Part shown: positions 28,322-39,300 of the stretch, piece by piece
Layout of the letters: each line of letters starts with the position of its first letter
How positions within the stretch are numbered: the first letter of the stretch is position 1
Source of the DNA: a virus
Taxonomy: Duplodnaviria; Caudoviricetes
Strand: one strand, 5' to 3'
Virus record (IMG/VR): IMGVR_UViG_3300005985_000001
Span: 19,742-83,741 of that record
DNA length: 64,000 nt
The notes under the pieces: model-generated
What the model saw: only the letters and a program-made list of their open reading frames with translations
The model's database searches: none
Told to the model about the DNA's origin: nothing
Program-made: the position numbers and the translations under genes

Positions 28322-29992
28322 ATGGCGCAGAACGAATTCTCCAATCCGGTTCCGGTGAATCCGCTGGGGTCGCTAAACTCGCTGACGGGCAATCGTTTCG
28401 AGTCTACGCCTACAGTCGCTTCGATTTATGCGCTGACAGAGGACACGCTTCCCCCTGCTTTTCCACTGGCTCAATGGCAGGATCAGGCTGCACTCTACTA
28501 TGCATACTGGGCTTGGTTCAATGGGGATTACATCAACCAGACCAAGCAGGGAGCCAATGGGGAAACGCTGTATAAGTTCCCCCTGCGCATTAACACCCTC
28601 CGCGATATTGTCCGTAAGCACGCCAGTGTCCTGTTTGGCGAAGCCCCGGACGGTCCCCGTCCGTTGGTCGAAACCTCGATCACGGCACGCAACGGTCTGA
28701 CCGGCGAAGCTGCAACCGATGAGCAAAAGAAGTTTGCCAAGCTCTGCGAAGCGATTGTGAATGAGGTCTGGTTCCAATCCAACGGTCGAGCGATCCAGCA
28801 GGAAGGCGGCGAACTTACCCAGTTTCTCGGCGGTCATGTCTACCAACTCAGTTTTCAGCCCTGGCGCAAGGATTTACTCGTGCCAGTGGTGCTGCGAAGC
28901 TGGAAAGCCGACATGTTCCTGCCGATCTGGGAGAACGGCGATTACTGGAATCTCTCCGAAGCCTACATCGTCTGCCGGATTGAAGCGGCTCAAGCCAAGA
29001 ATCAGTATGGCATCGAAACGACTGCTGTGTTCTGCACTTATGTAGAACACTGGACGCGCAAGAAGTATTCGATCTTCATCGACGGCACACCCGTAACTCT
29101 TGTCGCTGATGGACGATCCGTAACCTACAAAGATGTTGAGAACCCCTTTGGGATTGTGCCGTTCTACTACATCCCGCACCTGCGCGAAGGTGGATTTTTC
29201 GGCAGCAGCCATGTCCCGGATCTGGTCGGTCTGATCCAGGAATACAACTACTCGATGGCGAACCTCGGCGATGCGATTGCTGATAATATCGACCGCGACA
29301 TCTACATTCGCAACTCTTCGCAGCGCACCAAAGTTGAGCTTCCCAATAGCAAAGAAGCCGTCAATCTGGGGATGCAGAATCCCTCGAATAACCACCCTCC
29401 AGATGCCTTTGCCATTGATCCCCCGCAGCTAGCGCCGGGTCTCACCAATCATCCGCAGCAGATTTACAACCAGATTCGCCGCACTGCATTTCTCCCAGCG
29501 GTTGCTGAAGGCGAAGATGAAGGTTCCCAGCGTTCCGGCGTGACGCTGGACATCCGTTTCTGGCCTGCCACTGCGCACGCCAAAGCGGAACGTTCCTTCT
29601 GGGAAACCGGACTGAACCTGATTGCCAAAGGCATCCTGACCATCATCCATACCAAGCGGCTCTGGAGTAAATACATCCCTGAGCTTCAGCAGGTGAAGGA
29701 TAACTTCATGACCCAACTGAGTATTTCTCAGGATTGGTTCCCGCAGATCCCTCGTGACCGCGCCAGTGAAGTCAACGAAATTCTGGCTCGTGTCGGACAG
29801 TTCGGGATGAGTCCGGCAACCGCGCTGGACAAGTTTGGGGACATCGAAGACAAGGAAGCTGAACTCGAGGAAATCCGCGAATGGGCTGCTTTCCTGTCAT
29901 CTCTGAAGACACCGGCTCAGGAACCTGGCAAGACCACTCCCCTCAATTCAAACCGTTTCGCTGAAAACAGCGATGCGATTGATAACAATTAG
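28322..29992 (+). CDS. portal protein (SPP1-like)
   Basis: 556 aa after terL; GFFGSSHVPDLVGLIQEYN and EGSQRSGVTL (SG.AL-type) patterns. Confidence 0.85.
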   Translation: MAQNEFSNPVPVNPLGSLNSLTGNRFESTPTVASIYALTEDTLPPAFPLAQWQDQAALYYAYWAWFNGDYINQTKQGANGETLYKFPLRINTLRDIVRKHASVLFGEAPDGPRPLVETSITARNGLTGEAATDEQKKFAKLCEAIVNEVWFQSNGRAIQQEGGELTQFLGGHVYQLSFQPWRKDLLVPVVLRSWKADMFLPIWENGDYWNLSEAYIVCRIEAAQAKNQYGIETTAVFCTYVEHWTRKKYSIFIDGTPVTLVADGRSVTYKDVENPFGIVPFYYIPHLREGGFFGSSHVPDLVGLIQEYNYSMANLGDAIADNIDRDIYIRNSSQRTKVELPNSKEAVNLGMQNPSNNHPPDAFAIDPPQLAPGLTNHPQQIYNQIRRTAFLPAVAEGEDEGSQRSGVTLDIRFWPATAHAKAERSFWETGLNLIAKGILTIIHTKRLWSKYIPELQQVKDNFMTQLSISQDWFPQIPRDRASEVNEILARVGQFGMSPATALDKFGDIEDKEAELEEIREWAAFLSSLKTPAQEPGKTTPLNSNRFAENSDAIDNN

Positions 29993-30044
29993 CGACCACC
30001 GAGCAATCCCGCCGCTGGTCATTTATTAAAGGATAAGTTGAGCA

Positions 30045-30707
30045 ATGCCCGAAGATGAAACTGTGGTGACGCAGCCGACTGAGCCTACTCCGGCTCCAGC
30101 GACTCCGAGCAGCACGAGTACGACCGATTGGGAAGCGGAATACAGAAAGCTGAAGCGCACGCTCGATGGGAAAGAAGGTTTCATTAGCAATCTGAAGAAA
30201 GAGCGCGATACAGCCCGCGACGAACTGACCAGTCTGAGCGTCGAATTTGAGACGTTCAAGCAGGAAAATTCTGGTGTCACGCAGTCTCTTACGACAACCA
30301 AACAGCAACTGGAGCAGGCGAATGGCACGCTTGCGAAAACCACTGGCGCATATGAGTCTCTCAAGTTGGTCGCCACTGAGTTCCCGGATCTGGTGAAGTA
30401 TGTCGCCAAAGGCATGATTGACCCAGGCAACAAGCAGGGTGATGAACTCCGCACGTTCCTCACGGACTGGAAGACCGAATTCGACTCGCTGGGGATCCAG
30501 CGGGCGCAGCAGGATCCTTCCGGTAGTACACCCCCTGCACCGAGCGGCGACGGTCAACCGACTTTGACGCTTTATGAGATTCAGGACAAAAAAGTGGAAG
30601 CCTATCGGCTCTATGGTCCTAAATCAAAAGAGTACATCGAGTTGGCGAAGCTCGAATCACAAGCACTCGGCGCAACTGACACTCAGAAAGTTCGCGCACG
30701 AGCGTAA
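30045..30707 (+). CDS. capsid scaffolding protein
   Basis: Pro/Thr-rich N-terminus, long coiled coil, position between portal and capsid. Confidence 0.75.
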   Translation: MPEDETVVTQPTEPTPAPATPSSTSTTDWEAEYRKLKRTLDGKEGFISNLKKERDTARDELTSLSVEFETFKQENSGVTQSLTTTKQQLEQANGTLAKTTGAYESLKLVATEFPDLVKYVAKGMIDPGNKQGDELRTFLTDWKTEFDSLGIQRAQQDPSGSTPPAPSGDGQPTLTLYEIQDKKVEAYRLYGPKSKEYIELAKLESQALGATDTQKVRARA

Positions 30708-30754
30708 GAAATTCTCTTCCTCGTACTTAAATCCCCGTTTTGGAGTACCCTCTC

Positions 30755-32161
30755 ATGTCTTACAATGTGAACGACACTTACGCTCTCGATCCCTGGGACG
30801 GGATCACCCTCAATGAGCGCACCTGGTACGATGGCGTTCTCCGCGAACGTTATACCCGTACTTCGATCTATTCTCGTCATGTAACGATGAAGGTGGATCT
30901 GGCAGCTAAGCAGAGCCGCACCATCATCTTCAATGATCTCATTCCGCCCCACCCTTATGTTGGCGCACTGCCGAACCGCGAGATGAATGCCAGCCGTCTG
31001 TACGGCGATTCATTCCAGCGCAAGGTAACGGTTGAGCGTCAGGGCAACGGTATGTCGCTGCACCGTGAAAGCCAGATGTTCAATTACTGGACTGAGGGTG
31101 GCAGCCCGGATCTGCGTGCGATCATCAACCGCCAAATGGGACAGGTTGTGATTGATCACGTCGATTTACTTGCACAGTATGCCTATCTGCGTAACTTCTA
31201 TGCCATGTTTGGACTAGGCTCCGCGACCGGCTTCGGTGGTATCAACACTTCAACCGACCGCCTGACGACCGATTTGGTCGATGCGATCTGGCTGGGCATG
31301 ATGGACCGCAAGCGCATCTGGACGGATCTGCCAGTCGATAATCTGCCCGACGAGATCTACTGCATCACGACTCCAGGTGCGATTTATGACTTGAAACGTG
31401 AAGTAGACACCAACGCGCGTGCAGCCAACAAGTTCGTCAACATCGCCGAGTATGCTGCTCCCCAGCTTCTGTTTGCCCATCCAGGTGAAATCGGCAGCTA
31501 TCGCGGGATTCGCTTCGTCGGTACGCAGCTTGCCGAACTATGGAACTGCGGTACAGTGACGACCCAGACAGCGATTAAGGCAGCCGTGCAGCCCGGTGAT
31601 GGCGCTGCCGACCCCGATCTGTATGCCGTCGATGATACCTTCTATGTTGGTCAGCCGGGCGCAACCCATAGTGTGACCGTTACGAGTACGACAGGTTTTG
31701 TGGTTGGTGATAAAGTCACGCTCCATAAGCTGCGTCACGACGGCACCAACCCGCGTGGCGTGCTGAACGGCGTGAACTATGAAGATCCGATGCGTGAAGA
31801 TCTGGAAATCTTTGCGATTCCAGATAGCACCCATCTGGTTTTCAAGGCACCCTACACCCGCGTTGGACTGGACGGAAAAGGTCTGGAGACTGACCTCGGC
31901 AGTACGGTCTACGGCTATGTCACGAAGGGCGCGAACATTCATACTGCACTCTTCCTGAACAACCGCTTCTCGCAAGGCGTGGTGGCAGGTGTGGCACAAG
32001 CGCCACGTTTCTATATGCCACCTGCCATTGATGACTTCGAATCCATCTATCGTATTACCTACGATATGTGGATGAAGTTCCAGCCATACGACCCTGCATC
32101 CTTCGAAGTTGCCTTTTTAGGAGGCTCGAACAAGCTAAAGGGTGGTGTGTTCGTTCGCTAG
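30755..32161 (+). CDS. major capsid protein with a beta-rich insertion
   Basis: Position, size, GEIGSYRGIRFV motif, strong terminator downstream; GGAG RBS before ATG 30755. Confidence 0.85.
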   Translation: MSYNVNDTYALDPWDGITLNERTWYDGVLRERYTRTSIYSRHVTMKVDLAAKQSRTIIFNDLIPPHPYVGALPNREMNASRLYGDSFQRKVTVERQGNGMSLHRESQMFNYWTEGGSPDLRAIINRQMGQVVIDHVDLLAQYAYLRNFYAMFGLGSATGFGGINTSTDRLTTDLVDAIWLGMMDRKRIWTDLPVDNLPDEIYCITTPGAIYDLKREVDTNARAANKFVNIAEYAAPQLLFAHPGEIGSYRGIRFVGTQLAELWNCGTVTTQTAIKAAVQPGDGAADPDLYAVDDTFYVGQPGATHSVTVTSTTGFVVGDKVTLHKLRHDGTNPRGVLNGVNYEDPMREDLEIFAIPDSTHLVFKAPYTRVGLDGKGLETDLGSTVYGYVTKGANIHTALFLNNRFSQGVVAGVAQAPRFYMPPAIDDFESIYRITYDMWMKFQPYDPASFEVAFLGGSNKLKGGVFVR

Positions 32162-32174
32162 TCTCTCTTCTTCC

Positions 32175-32199
32175 AGGGTGAGCCGAAGCTCACCCTTTT
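32175..32199 (+). terminator. intrinsic terminator after the capsid gene
   Basis: AGGGTGAGC-CGAA-GCTCACCCT-TTT. Confidence 0.85.
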
Positions 32200-32221
32200 C
32201 TTCTTACGGAACGTTCCGTCG

Positions 32222-32875
32222 ATGGCAATCACCTGGGGCAACTTCAAAGATCAGCTTCGTCGCCTGCTGGCAGATGTTACAGAAGCCAAATGGCAAGACG
32301 AACATCTCCTCGACTTCATTGGCTGGTCGTTGGATACCTTCTGCGGGCATACTGCGCTGGCTTCGGCAACCGGCTTCACGGCCGATGGCGAAACCTCGAT
32401 CTATTTTGTTCCCGGCAATGCTTTTGAACCGATTGATAAATCGGGGGCGGTGTACGTCGATAACGGCACCACACTGGAGTACCTCAATCCGGTGCGCTAC
32501 AACCAGCGTGCCCGTGCTACTAATGGCTACTATTTGATGCCCCAGAACCAGATCAACCTGGTTCAAACGCCGGAACTCGACAGTGCCATCACGGTGTACT
32601 ACTTCGCTTACTATCCGCATCCCACTCAGGATAGTGACGAGCTTCTCTGTCCTCAATGGGCAATCACGGCCCTGCTCTATCGCTGTGCCGCTCATGCGCT
32701 TTCCTCGAAGGGCTGGAAATCCGCCAACATTCGTCAGTTCGGACGCCGACCGGATACCGGCAAGCCCACCGATAACGTGGTGCAGGATCAATCCGCCTGG
32801 TTCTTCCAACTCTACGAAGATGAACTCTGCAAAGCGCCGAGACAAGAGCGTGAGAACTATTTCCGGGAGCAGTAA
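32222..32875 (+). CDS. head-tail adaptor-like protein
   Basis: Position after MCP; LRRLLADV..KWQDEHL..FI and ALLYRCAAHAL patterns. Confidence 0.7.
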   Translation: MAITWGNFKDQLRRLLADVTEAKWQDEHLLDFIGWSLDTFCGHTALASATGFTADGETSIYFVPGNAFEPIDKSGAVYVDNGTTLEYLNPVRYNQRARATNGYYLMPQNQINLVQTPELDSAITVYYFAYYPHPTQDSDELLCPQWAITALLYRCAAHALSSKGWKSANIRQFGRRPDTGKPTDNVVQDQSAWFFQLYEDELCKAPRQERENYFREQ

Positions 32876-33402
32876 TGGCGTACCAGGATGAGAGCGTCCT
32901 CAACATCCTCATCGATGCAATGGATGAGCGCCTGAATGAAGTGCTGGTGGGCGAATCCAACGATGAGACCAAAGCCGGTCTGGTGCGTCCGGGCAACCTT
33001 CAGGAAGACCCCACCGATGCTGGCATCAACATTCTGATCCACGAAGGCGGCGTGGACTGGCAGGATGAACTCTATGTCGAGCAACACGGCATCGATGCGC
33101 CCACCTACGAAATTGGCGGTGTTGAATACTGGTTCCGTCGCTTTGAGATTGAACTGGAACTCTTCTTTGATGGCGAAGACCAACGCGAACCTCCACGACG
33201 AAAAGCTTTGATCATTTACTCACGTGCCAAAAAAGCCCTCACCAGCATGGACATTCCTACTGAAAAAGACAGTTTTGGAGAGCAGGCGCACATGATTCAG
33301 GTACGCAAAGGCTACACCTCCGAAGGCGGCGGTGAAGGCACGTTCATCTGGAATTGCTACCTCTTTGTCGAATTTCTGACGAGTATCCGCGCCAATGCCT
33401 AA
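32875..33402 (+). CDS. head-tail joining / tail terminator-like protein
   Basis: Position, acidic beta-rich sequence. Confidence 0.55.
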   Translation: MAYQDESVLNILIDAMDERLNEVLVGESNDETKAGLVRPGNLQEDPTDAGINILIHEGGVDWQDELYVEQHGIDAPTYEIGGVEYWFRRFEIELELFFDGEDQREPPRRKALIIYSRAKKALTSMDIPTEKDSFGEQAHMIQVRKGYTSEGGGEGTFIWNCYLFVEFLTSIRANA

Positions 33403-34477
33403 TGTGATTGCGATCTTTCCCGGCAAGGAACGCACACCGGGAGGCTGTGAGATTTACCGCACCACCATGCCCTACTATCATCTTCAGAAGAAACACCCTG
33501 ACTGGAAAGCGGACTGGGTATTTGGTGAAACCCTCTGGACGGACATCATGACCCGAGGACCCATTGCCGCCAAGCAGTTTGCCGATCAGTATGACATCTT
33601 TGTGTTTCCCCGAAACTACGTCAAAGATGAAACAGGATTGGATAACTACCGTGAAATCACTGATCTTTTGCATCATCTGGGTAAGCGCCTGATCTACGAA
33701 GTGGATGATGATCTGACCAATCAGGAACGTCAGGTCATTAACGGTGATGCAGTGAGTGTTGCCAAGCTCTGCGATGCTATCACGGTTACGACCAAAGCCC
33801 TCGGCGACCTGATGAAAGCCAGAACCGGCAAGCCCGCCTACGTGCTGCCGAATATGTTTGCCCCAGAAACCTGGCTGGAGCCTTTTGCCGGAACGTTCCG
33901 TTATGCCGACAAGATCACGATTGGTTTGACCGGCTCTCCCACACACGAACGCGATTGGGAAGTGCTCAAAGATGTGCTGCCGAAAGTCGTTCAGGATAAT
34001 GGTGTGCATCTGGTGCTCATGGGCTATCACCCAGAGTATCTTCAGGATTTACCAAATACTTCCTATATTCCAGGTTTGCAGTATAATAGATATGCGCAAG
34101 TCATCCAGACTTGCGACATTATCCTCGCTCCACTCAATCACGAAGTTTTCAATCTTAGTAAATCCCCGATAAAAGTCCTTGAAGGACAAGCTGCCCGACG
34201 CTTCATTGACAAGCGTCCCGCAGGAGCCGCCTGTATTGCCACTGATCATCCGGTCTATCGACTTGCCATAAAGCCTGAAAAAACCGGATTGCTCGTTGAG
34301 CATACGCCGAGCGCCTGGCAGGAAGCTCTGGATCGCATGATCTATGATGAGCGCCTGCGGCATCAGCTTCAATTCAACGGTCATGAATGGGTGCAGAAGC
34401 ACCACGACATCTCCAAGACCGCAACCCTCTGGCGCAACGCCTACGAAAGCATTCTCCGCAAACCCATCCCCGCTTAA
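33395..34477 (+). CDS. GT-B (GT4-like) glycosyltransferase
   Basis: YEVDDD, IGLTGSPTH..DW, DIILAPL...FNLSKSPIKVLE, GLLV motifs. Confidence 0.85.
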   Translation: MPNVIAIFPGKERTPGGCEIYRTTMPYYHLQKKHPDWKADWVFGETLWTDIMTRGPIAAKQFADQYDIFVFPRNYVKDETGLDNYREITDLLHHLGKRLIYEVDDDLTNQERQVINGDAVSVAKLCDAITVTTKALGDLMKARTGKPAYVLPNMFAPETWLEPFAGTFRYADKITIGLTGSPTHERDWEVLKDVLPKVVQDNGVHLVLMGYHPEYLQDLPNTSYIPGLQYNRYAQVIQTCDIILAPLNHEVFNLSKSPIKVLEGQAARRFIDKRPAGAACIATDHPVYRLAIKPEKTGLLVEHTPSAWQEALDRMIYDERLRHQLQFNGHEWVQKHHDISKTATLWRNAYESILRKPIPA

Positions 34478-34498
34478 TACTTAGTAAAGGTTTTTATC

Positions 34499-35605
34499 AT
34501 GTCTGTTTCTGCGCAGCTAGGCGACTTTGGATTCGCCATTCAGCCTTCTAAAGTCGGTCGAACTGGAACCTATACCGGTTCCGGTTACAAGTGGTATCGT
34601 ATGGACCCGCTCACGGTCCGTATGGATATTATTCAGGGCGACCAGGTGCTTCCACCCGAAGTTTCGCCGGACATTGTGCCGAAAGGCGCGTATAAGGACG
34701 GCTATTTCGGTGCAGGTCAGGCCGACCTGATCCCGCGTCTTCAGAACTCCTTCGGCGCACTGCTCTGGGGCTTGATGGGCAACGCCTCATCGGTCACAGG
34801 CAAGGACACCGATGGCGTGTCTGCGACGAACGTCAATACTCACATTTTCAGTTACAACCCAAGCGACAAGGCAGATCAGCCCTGGATGTCCTTCCGACGC
34901 CTGATCCCTGGCAAAGTAGCCGCAGATCGCTATGGGCAGACCTTCTTCGATGCCAAAGTTGCCAATGCGCGTATTACTATCCCGCAGAAGGGCAAGCTGA
35001 TGGCGCGAATCACGATGGTGGCCCGTGATGTGGATCAGGAAGAGAACCCCACCTGGGTCTGGGATGTGGACTATGAAGACACGACTTCTACGCCACAATC
35101 CGATCAGGGTTATCTGAAGATGCAGGGTACGGAATTTCCGATCACGGGTGCGGTTTTTGAACTGGACAATGGCTTGACTACGCCAGATCAGGAACGCATC
35201 ATTGGCGATCCCCGCCCTGATGACTTCACGGCACTCTATCGTCCGGCAACCCTGCGGTTTGTCTACAAGTGGGAAGACCCCAGCCTGTATCAGCAGGTAT
35301 TCAATGGCGGCGACGGTCTGACCGACTGGGATCCGCTGCCGAAGATCTTCTCGACGGTTGGCGCGAACTTCGCCTTCGATGCCATGTTCGAGACGCCGTT
35401 GACTATTAGTGGTTCTTCGCCTGCACGAAAGTATGCGGTACGTATTCGTGGCAACAGTGCCACGCTTGCTCCAGATGGCCCAATTGAACTTGCAAGCGCA
35501 ACCCTGCTCCAGCAGGCATTCACGCTGACTATCCTCAAAGCAACCGGCAATGCGCCGTATCTCCAGATTCTGCTCCAGAACGGTGTCACTGGTTATTCTG
35601 CCTAA
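34499..35605 (+). CDS. major tail (tube) protein
   Basis: 368 aa, position before the chaperones, tail-tube-like composition. Confidence 0.8.
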   Translation: MSVSAQLGDFGFAIQPSKVGRTGTYTGSGYKWYRMDPLTVRMDIIQGDQVLPPEVSPDIVPKGAYKDGYFGAGQADLIPRLQNSFGALLWGLMGNASSVTGKDTDGVSATNVNTHIFSYNPSDKADQPWMSFRRLIPGKVAADRYGQTFFDAKVANARITIPQKGKLMARITMVARDVDQEENPTWVWDVDYEDTTSTPQSDQGYLKMQGTEFPITGAVFELDNGLTTPDQERIIGDPRPDDFTALYRPATLRFVYKWEDPSLYQQVFNGGDGLTDWDPLPKIFSTVGANFAFDAMFETPLTISGSSPARKYAVRIRGNSATLAPDGPIELASATLLQQAFTLTILKATGNAPYLQILLQNGVTGYSA

Positions 35606-35627
35606 GTAGACAAGGAACTTATTCCCC

Positions 35628-36047
35628 ATGCGTTTGTCCAAGAAGCCCGTTGAGAAGACATTTACGAAAGACTTTGGCGGGGATAAGCCTGCCAGCATCA
35701 CCGTCCGGCAGGCCAACATCGGCGACATCACCAAGCGTAATGGACTCCTTTCGGAGTCCTCGCTGGTACTCAATGATGAATTGCTCGGTCAGGAAATCAA
35801 GCAGGACATCAATTACTACGAGTTGTTCCGCTTTGAAGTGTTCCTGACCCTGACGGCTGCGAACTTCGAAGACGAGGACACCGGTGAGTCTTATTTCACC
35901 TTCGTGAATGGACGCCTGCGCGACCAAGCTGCTTTCGAGAAAGCTTGGAATGCCATGACAGACATCGAAGTCGCGGACTGGATTCACGAGTGCGTGGTGG
36001 AAGTCAACCCACAGTGGAGCCGCCAGGTAGCAGACGCGGGGGAATAG
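35628..36047 (+). CDS. tail assembly chaperone G
   Basis: Between tail tube and TMP; ends GCG GGG GAA TAG. Confidence 0.8.
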   Translation: MRLSKKPVEKTFTKDFGGDKPASITVRQANIGDITKRNGLLSESSLVLNDELLGQEIKQDINYYELFRFEVFLTLTAANFEDEDTGESYFTFVNGRLRDQAAFEKAWNAMTDIEVADWIHECVVEVNPQWSRQVADAGE

Positions 36048-36370
36048 ACCGCCACTTGAAGGCAGTAGGTGATGCTGTCTTCGAGTGGCTGAGTTATCAC
36101 GAGCCGACTGCTCACGACCCACACGGGATCGGAGCAAAACCTGAAGGACCCGAGCCGGAGCGACCAGAAGCCTATGACATTCTTCTGCAACTCCGGCGTT
36201 TTCACTTAACCTGGGCGCAGGGCGGCTACGAAGACCAGCCCTGGCTGCTCACTGAAGAACTCAATGCTGCGTCTGACGCGGAGACCCGGCACAAAAACTT
36301 AATTTTATTGAATCAGAAGCGCCGAGAAGAGTGGGCGGCTTCTCAGAAAGCAAAAGGTCTGCTGACATGA
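36038..36370 (+). CDS. tail assembly chaperone GT extension via -1 frameshift at GGGGGAA (36038-36044)
   Basis: The -1 frame is open to TGA 36368-36370; GGGGGAA is the slippery site described for mycobacteriophage L5-type G/GT genes. Confidence 0.75.
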   Translation, partial: GGIDRHLKAVGDAVFEWLSYHEPTAHDPHGIGAKPEGPEPERPEAYDILLQLRRFHLTWAQGGYEDQPWLLTEELNAASDAETRHKNLILLNQKRREEWAASQKAKGLLT

Positions 36371-39300
36371 GACTTCGGCGCAACATGGCGTTCAATGCCA
36401 ACCTCGATGTAGACAATCAGGATCACTACCGGCACTTGATGAATCGCCTGGATCGTGAAGGCATCAAGTACGGGATGAATGATGTCGATCTGGGCTTTGG
36501 GCGGAACCTCACGGCGATCACCATCAACCAGCGCATCCGCGATAAGGACGTGCAAAGCCACCTCTTCTATGGTCCCGAAGGTGGCTTATATGTCTCTAAC
36601 CCGAACAACACGGGTGGCGTGCGTCCGATCCTGTCCACCATTCGGTTCAATAAAGATGAATCTATCTCGCCTTCCAATCCTCTGATGTCGCCGGTGGATC
36701 GTGTGATTAACATGATCCAGAATCCAAATTGGGAAGACCCAAAGACCAAGCGAGTTTCGCAGTATGGCTTGTCTACGCTGGCACAGAAACAGGGAGCAGA
36801 TAACGTCTCCTGGCAGCGTCTCGAAGCCCAACCCGGTCTGGATCGCCTGTTTCGCAACGGCGTTCAACTGAGCGGTGAAAAGTATAGTTATAACGATAAG
36901 ATTGACCAGCTTAATCGCGCAACCGGAAGTGATTATGTCAACTACGCGAGAGTAGGCGCAGCATATCGGGCGAAAGATTACGAGGCGGTGATTCCCACCA
37001 ACAATGCTGGTGGAATGCTCATTTCAAAACTGAAGGAAGCAAAACTTTTCACCGGTAAAGTTTCGGATGCCGTCATTGGCAGAAACATCTACGAGCCATC
37101 CCCGGAGCCTTTCTACTTTGAAGGTCAGGCAGGTCCGAATCAGTCGGTCGTGCTTCGTGGCGCATTTGATCTTTTCTCGGAAATCCCTGAAGGCGCAGCA
37201 TTTACGGCTGGTTTAGGGGCTGCCAATCGCATCAGTCGTACAGTAACACTCCCAAGAGGGACGACCTATGATCCCGATACAGGTGGGTTGACGCTGGCAA
37301 ATGGCACCGCCTTAAGTGCGGGAACCTATTTTGGCGGGAAGCCGCCCGGCAGTTATAGTGACTATACCCGCCTGGGTGGAAAACGTGAATATAACGACAT
37401 CTTTGGCGTTTCAATGGGAAGTTATCACTCGACGCTGATCGAGAATATTGTTCCCGAACTCAATGATCGTGGGCAGTTCACGGGTCGAGCAACCTTTGAT
37501 GCGCGTGCCATTACCAAAGACGTAGCCATAAAATCATGGATAAAAGCCGAAGGGATGGACATTCACCGTTCGGCAATGCCTTTTGACGAGGAAACAGATC
37601 GGCATGTCGATACCTGGATGCGCTTGCCCGATCTCAAGAAACTGCCTGCACTGGCTTTAAAAGCCCTTGCCGCAGATATGAATAATACAGAAGCTTTTGG
37701 GCAATGGTTCGGTGAACAGGCGTCTGCGCGTGGGATGTCAGCGGACTGGATTGCTCAGAATTTCCAGAATGGGCAGGTCAGTAAAGAAGCCACGCCACTG
37801 GTAACAGAGGCAGCCATTCAGCGTTTATTAAGCAAGGCAACGTACAATCCACAAAATCCGCGTCGGAATGTTCCATTAGGATCAACTGAATACGAAGCCT
37901 TTCGTAATGTGACCTTTATCCATCAGGGACAGTCCTACAATGTACTTGGAAATGTACAAGCCCGCGATGATGGAACCTATCTTGCGGAGACTTTCCATAC
38001 ACCCCGGATTGTCACCGACTACGCGACTAATGTGCGTACTGAACATGTGCGCGATACGATGCGAATTAAGCCGGGAACGCTGTCCATCATGGCACAGAAT
38101 AACCCGGAACTCTTTGATTCGCTGACATCCATTGCTCAGGCAACCCGGAAGAACAACCGCGCTTTTGCCATGACCTCGGCATTTCGCGCCAATAGTTCAT
38201 CCGAACAACGTCAGGCAGTGCAGGATATATTTGGTATCGACAAACTGGATATTGCTCAGGTCGGACGTTTACGAGAAGAATATCTGTCGAATAACACGGA
38301 TGTCAGTGATAGTGGCATGTTCCGTCACATTCTCAGTGGATTGGCTGAGCAGTATGGCGAGCAAGCACTGGAACTGAAGACTCCACAGGGGTCGATGATC
38401 CTACCCAATGCCCGAACGATTCGGGCAGGATTGCGACGAAACAATGATAACCCGGAATTAATCAACAACTGGTCAAAAAGTGCAGCGGGTCTGATTACTG
38501 CACTAGGGGATGATTCTATTTCTCCCGATATTATTCAGAACATGGCCAATGACACTTATGCCAGAATGGAAGAACATTCTGGCAAGCGGGGTGTTCAGCA
38601 AAAAGCCACGAGTATTGAACTCGGGCGGTTAGGCGGTTTTGCGCGTTCAACGCCTGGTATTCCCGATAACATGGCAATTACCTCATTGGCAACCATTCAA
38701 AAACGGACGGGTATCGAGAATCCTGATGAGATACGCCGGATGGCAGCGCAAGGTGACCTTGTGCTCTCTGGCTGGCGCTATCCCTCTACGCACGCGAAAG
38801 ACTTTGCTGCATCGGTTCGACTGGGCATTTATGAAGATCAACCGCAGTGGTACAAAGATCGCTATCTAAATCCAGGAAGGGATGTTTACACCTCTCCTGA
38901 AATCATGCGGGCGTTGCGCGGAGACAATGATGGCGACCGCTTTCAAGCTGTCCTAAATCGTTTTCGAACGCAAGCAGCCGAATTCGGGAAATCCCTTACT
39001 GCACTCACGCCAAGACAGGTCGTTCAACGTGCAGCCAATGCGTTTGAGAGCGAACGCACCAAGTTCATCAAAACGATGGCGGAACGTTCCGGGATGGATC
39101 TGGCGAACACACCTTTGTCTGCGTTCTCATCTTTCTCCTATTCCCAGAAACAAATGCGCGAAGATTTTCTCACAGAGGAGCGAGAAGCCAAGAGTCTGAT
39201 TGGCATCAACACCAACACCTTTAACCGCAGTATGGGGATGGCAGCGCGTTCTGGTGCAGAGCAGCTTTTTGGAGTCGATAGTCCGCTGACGGACCGGATT

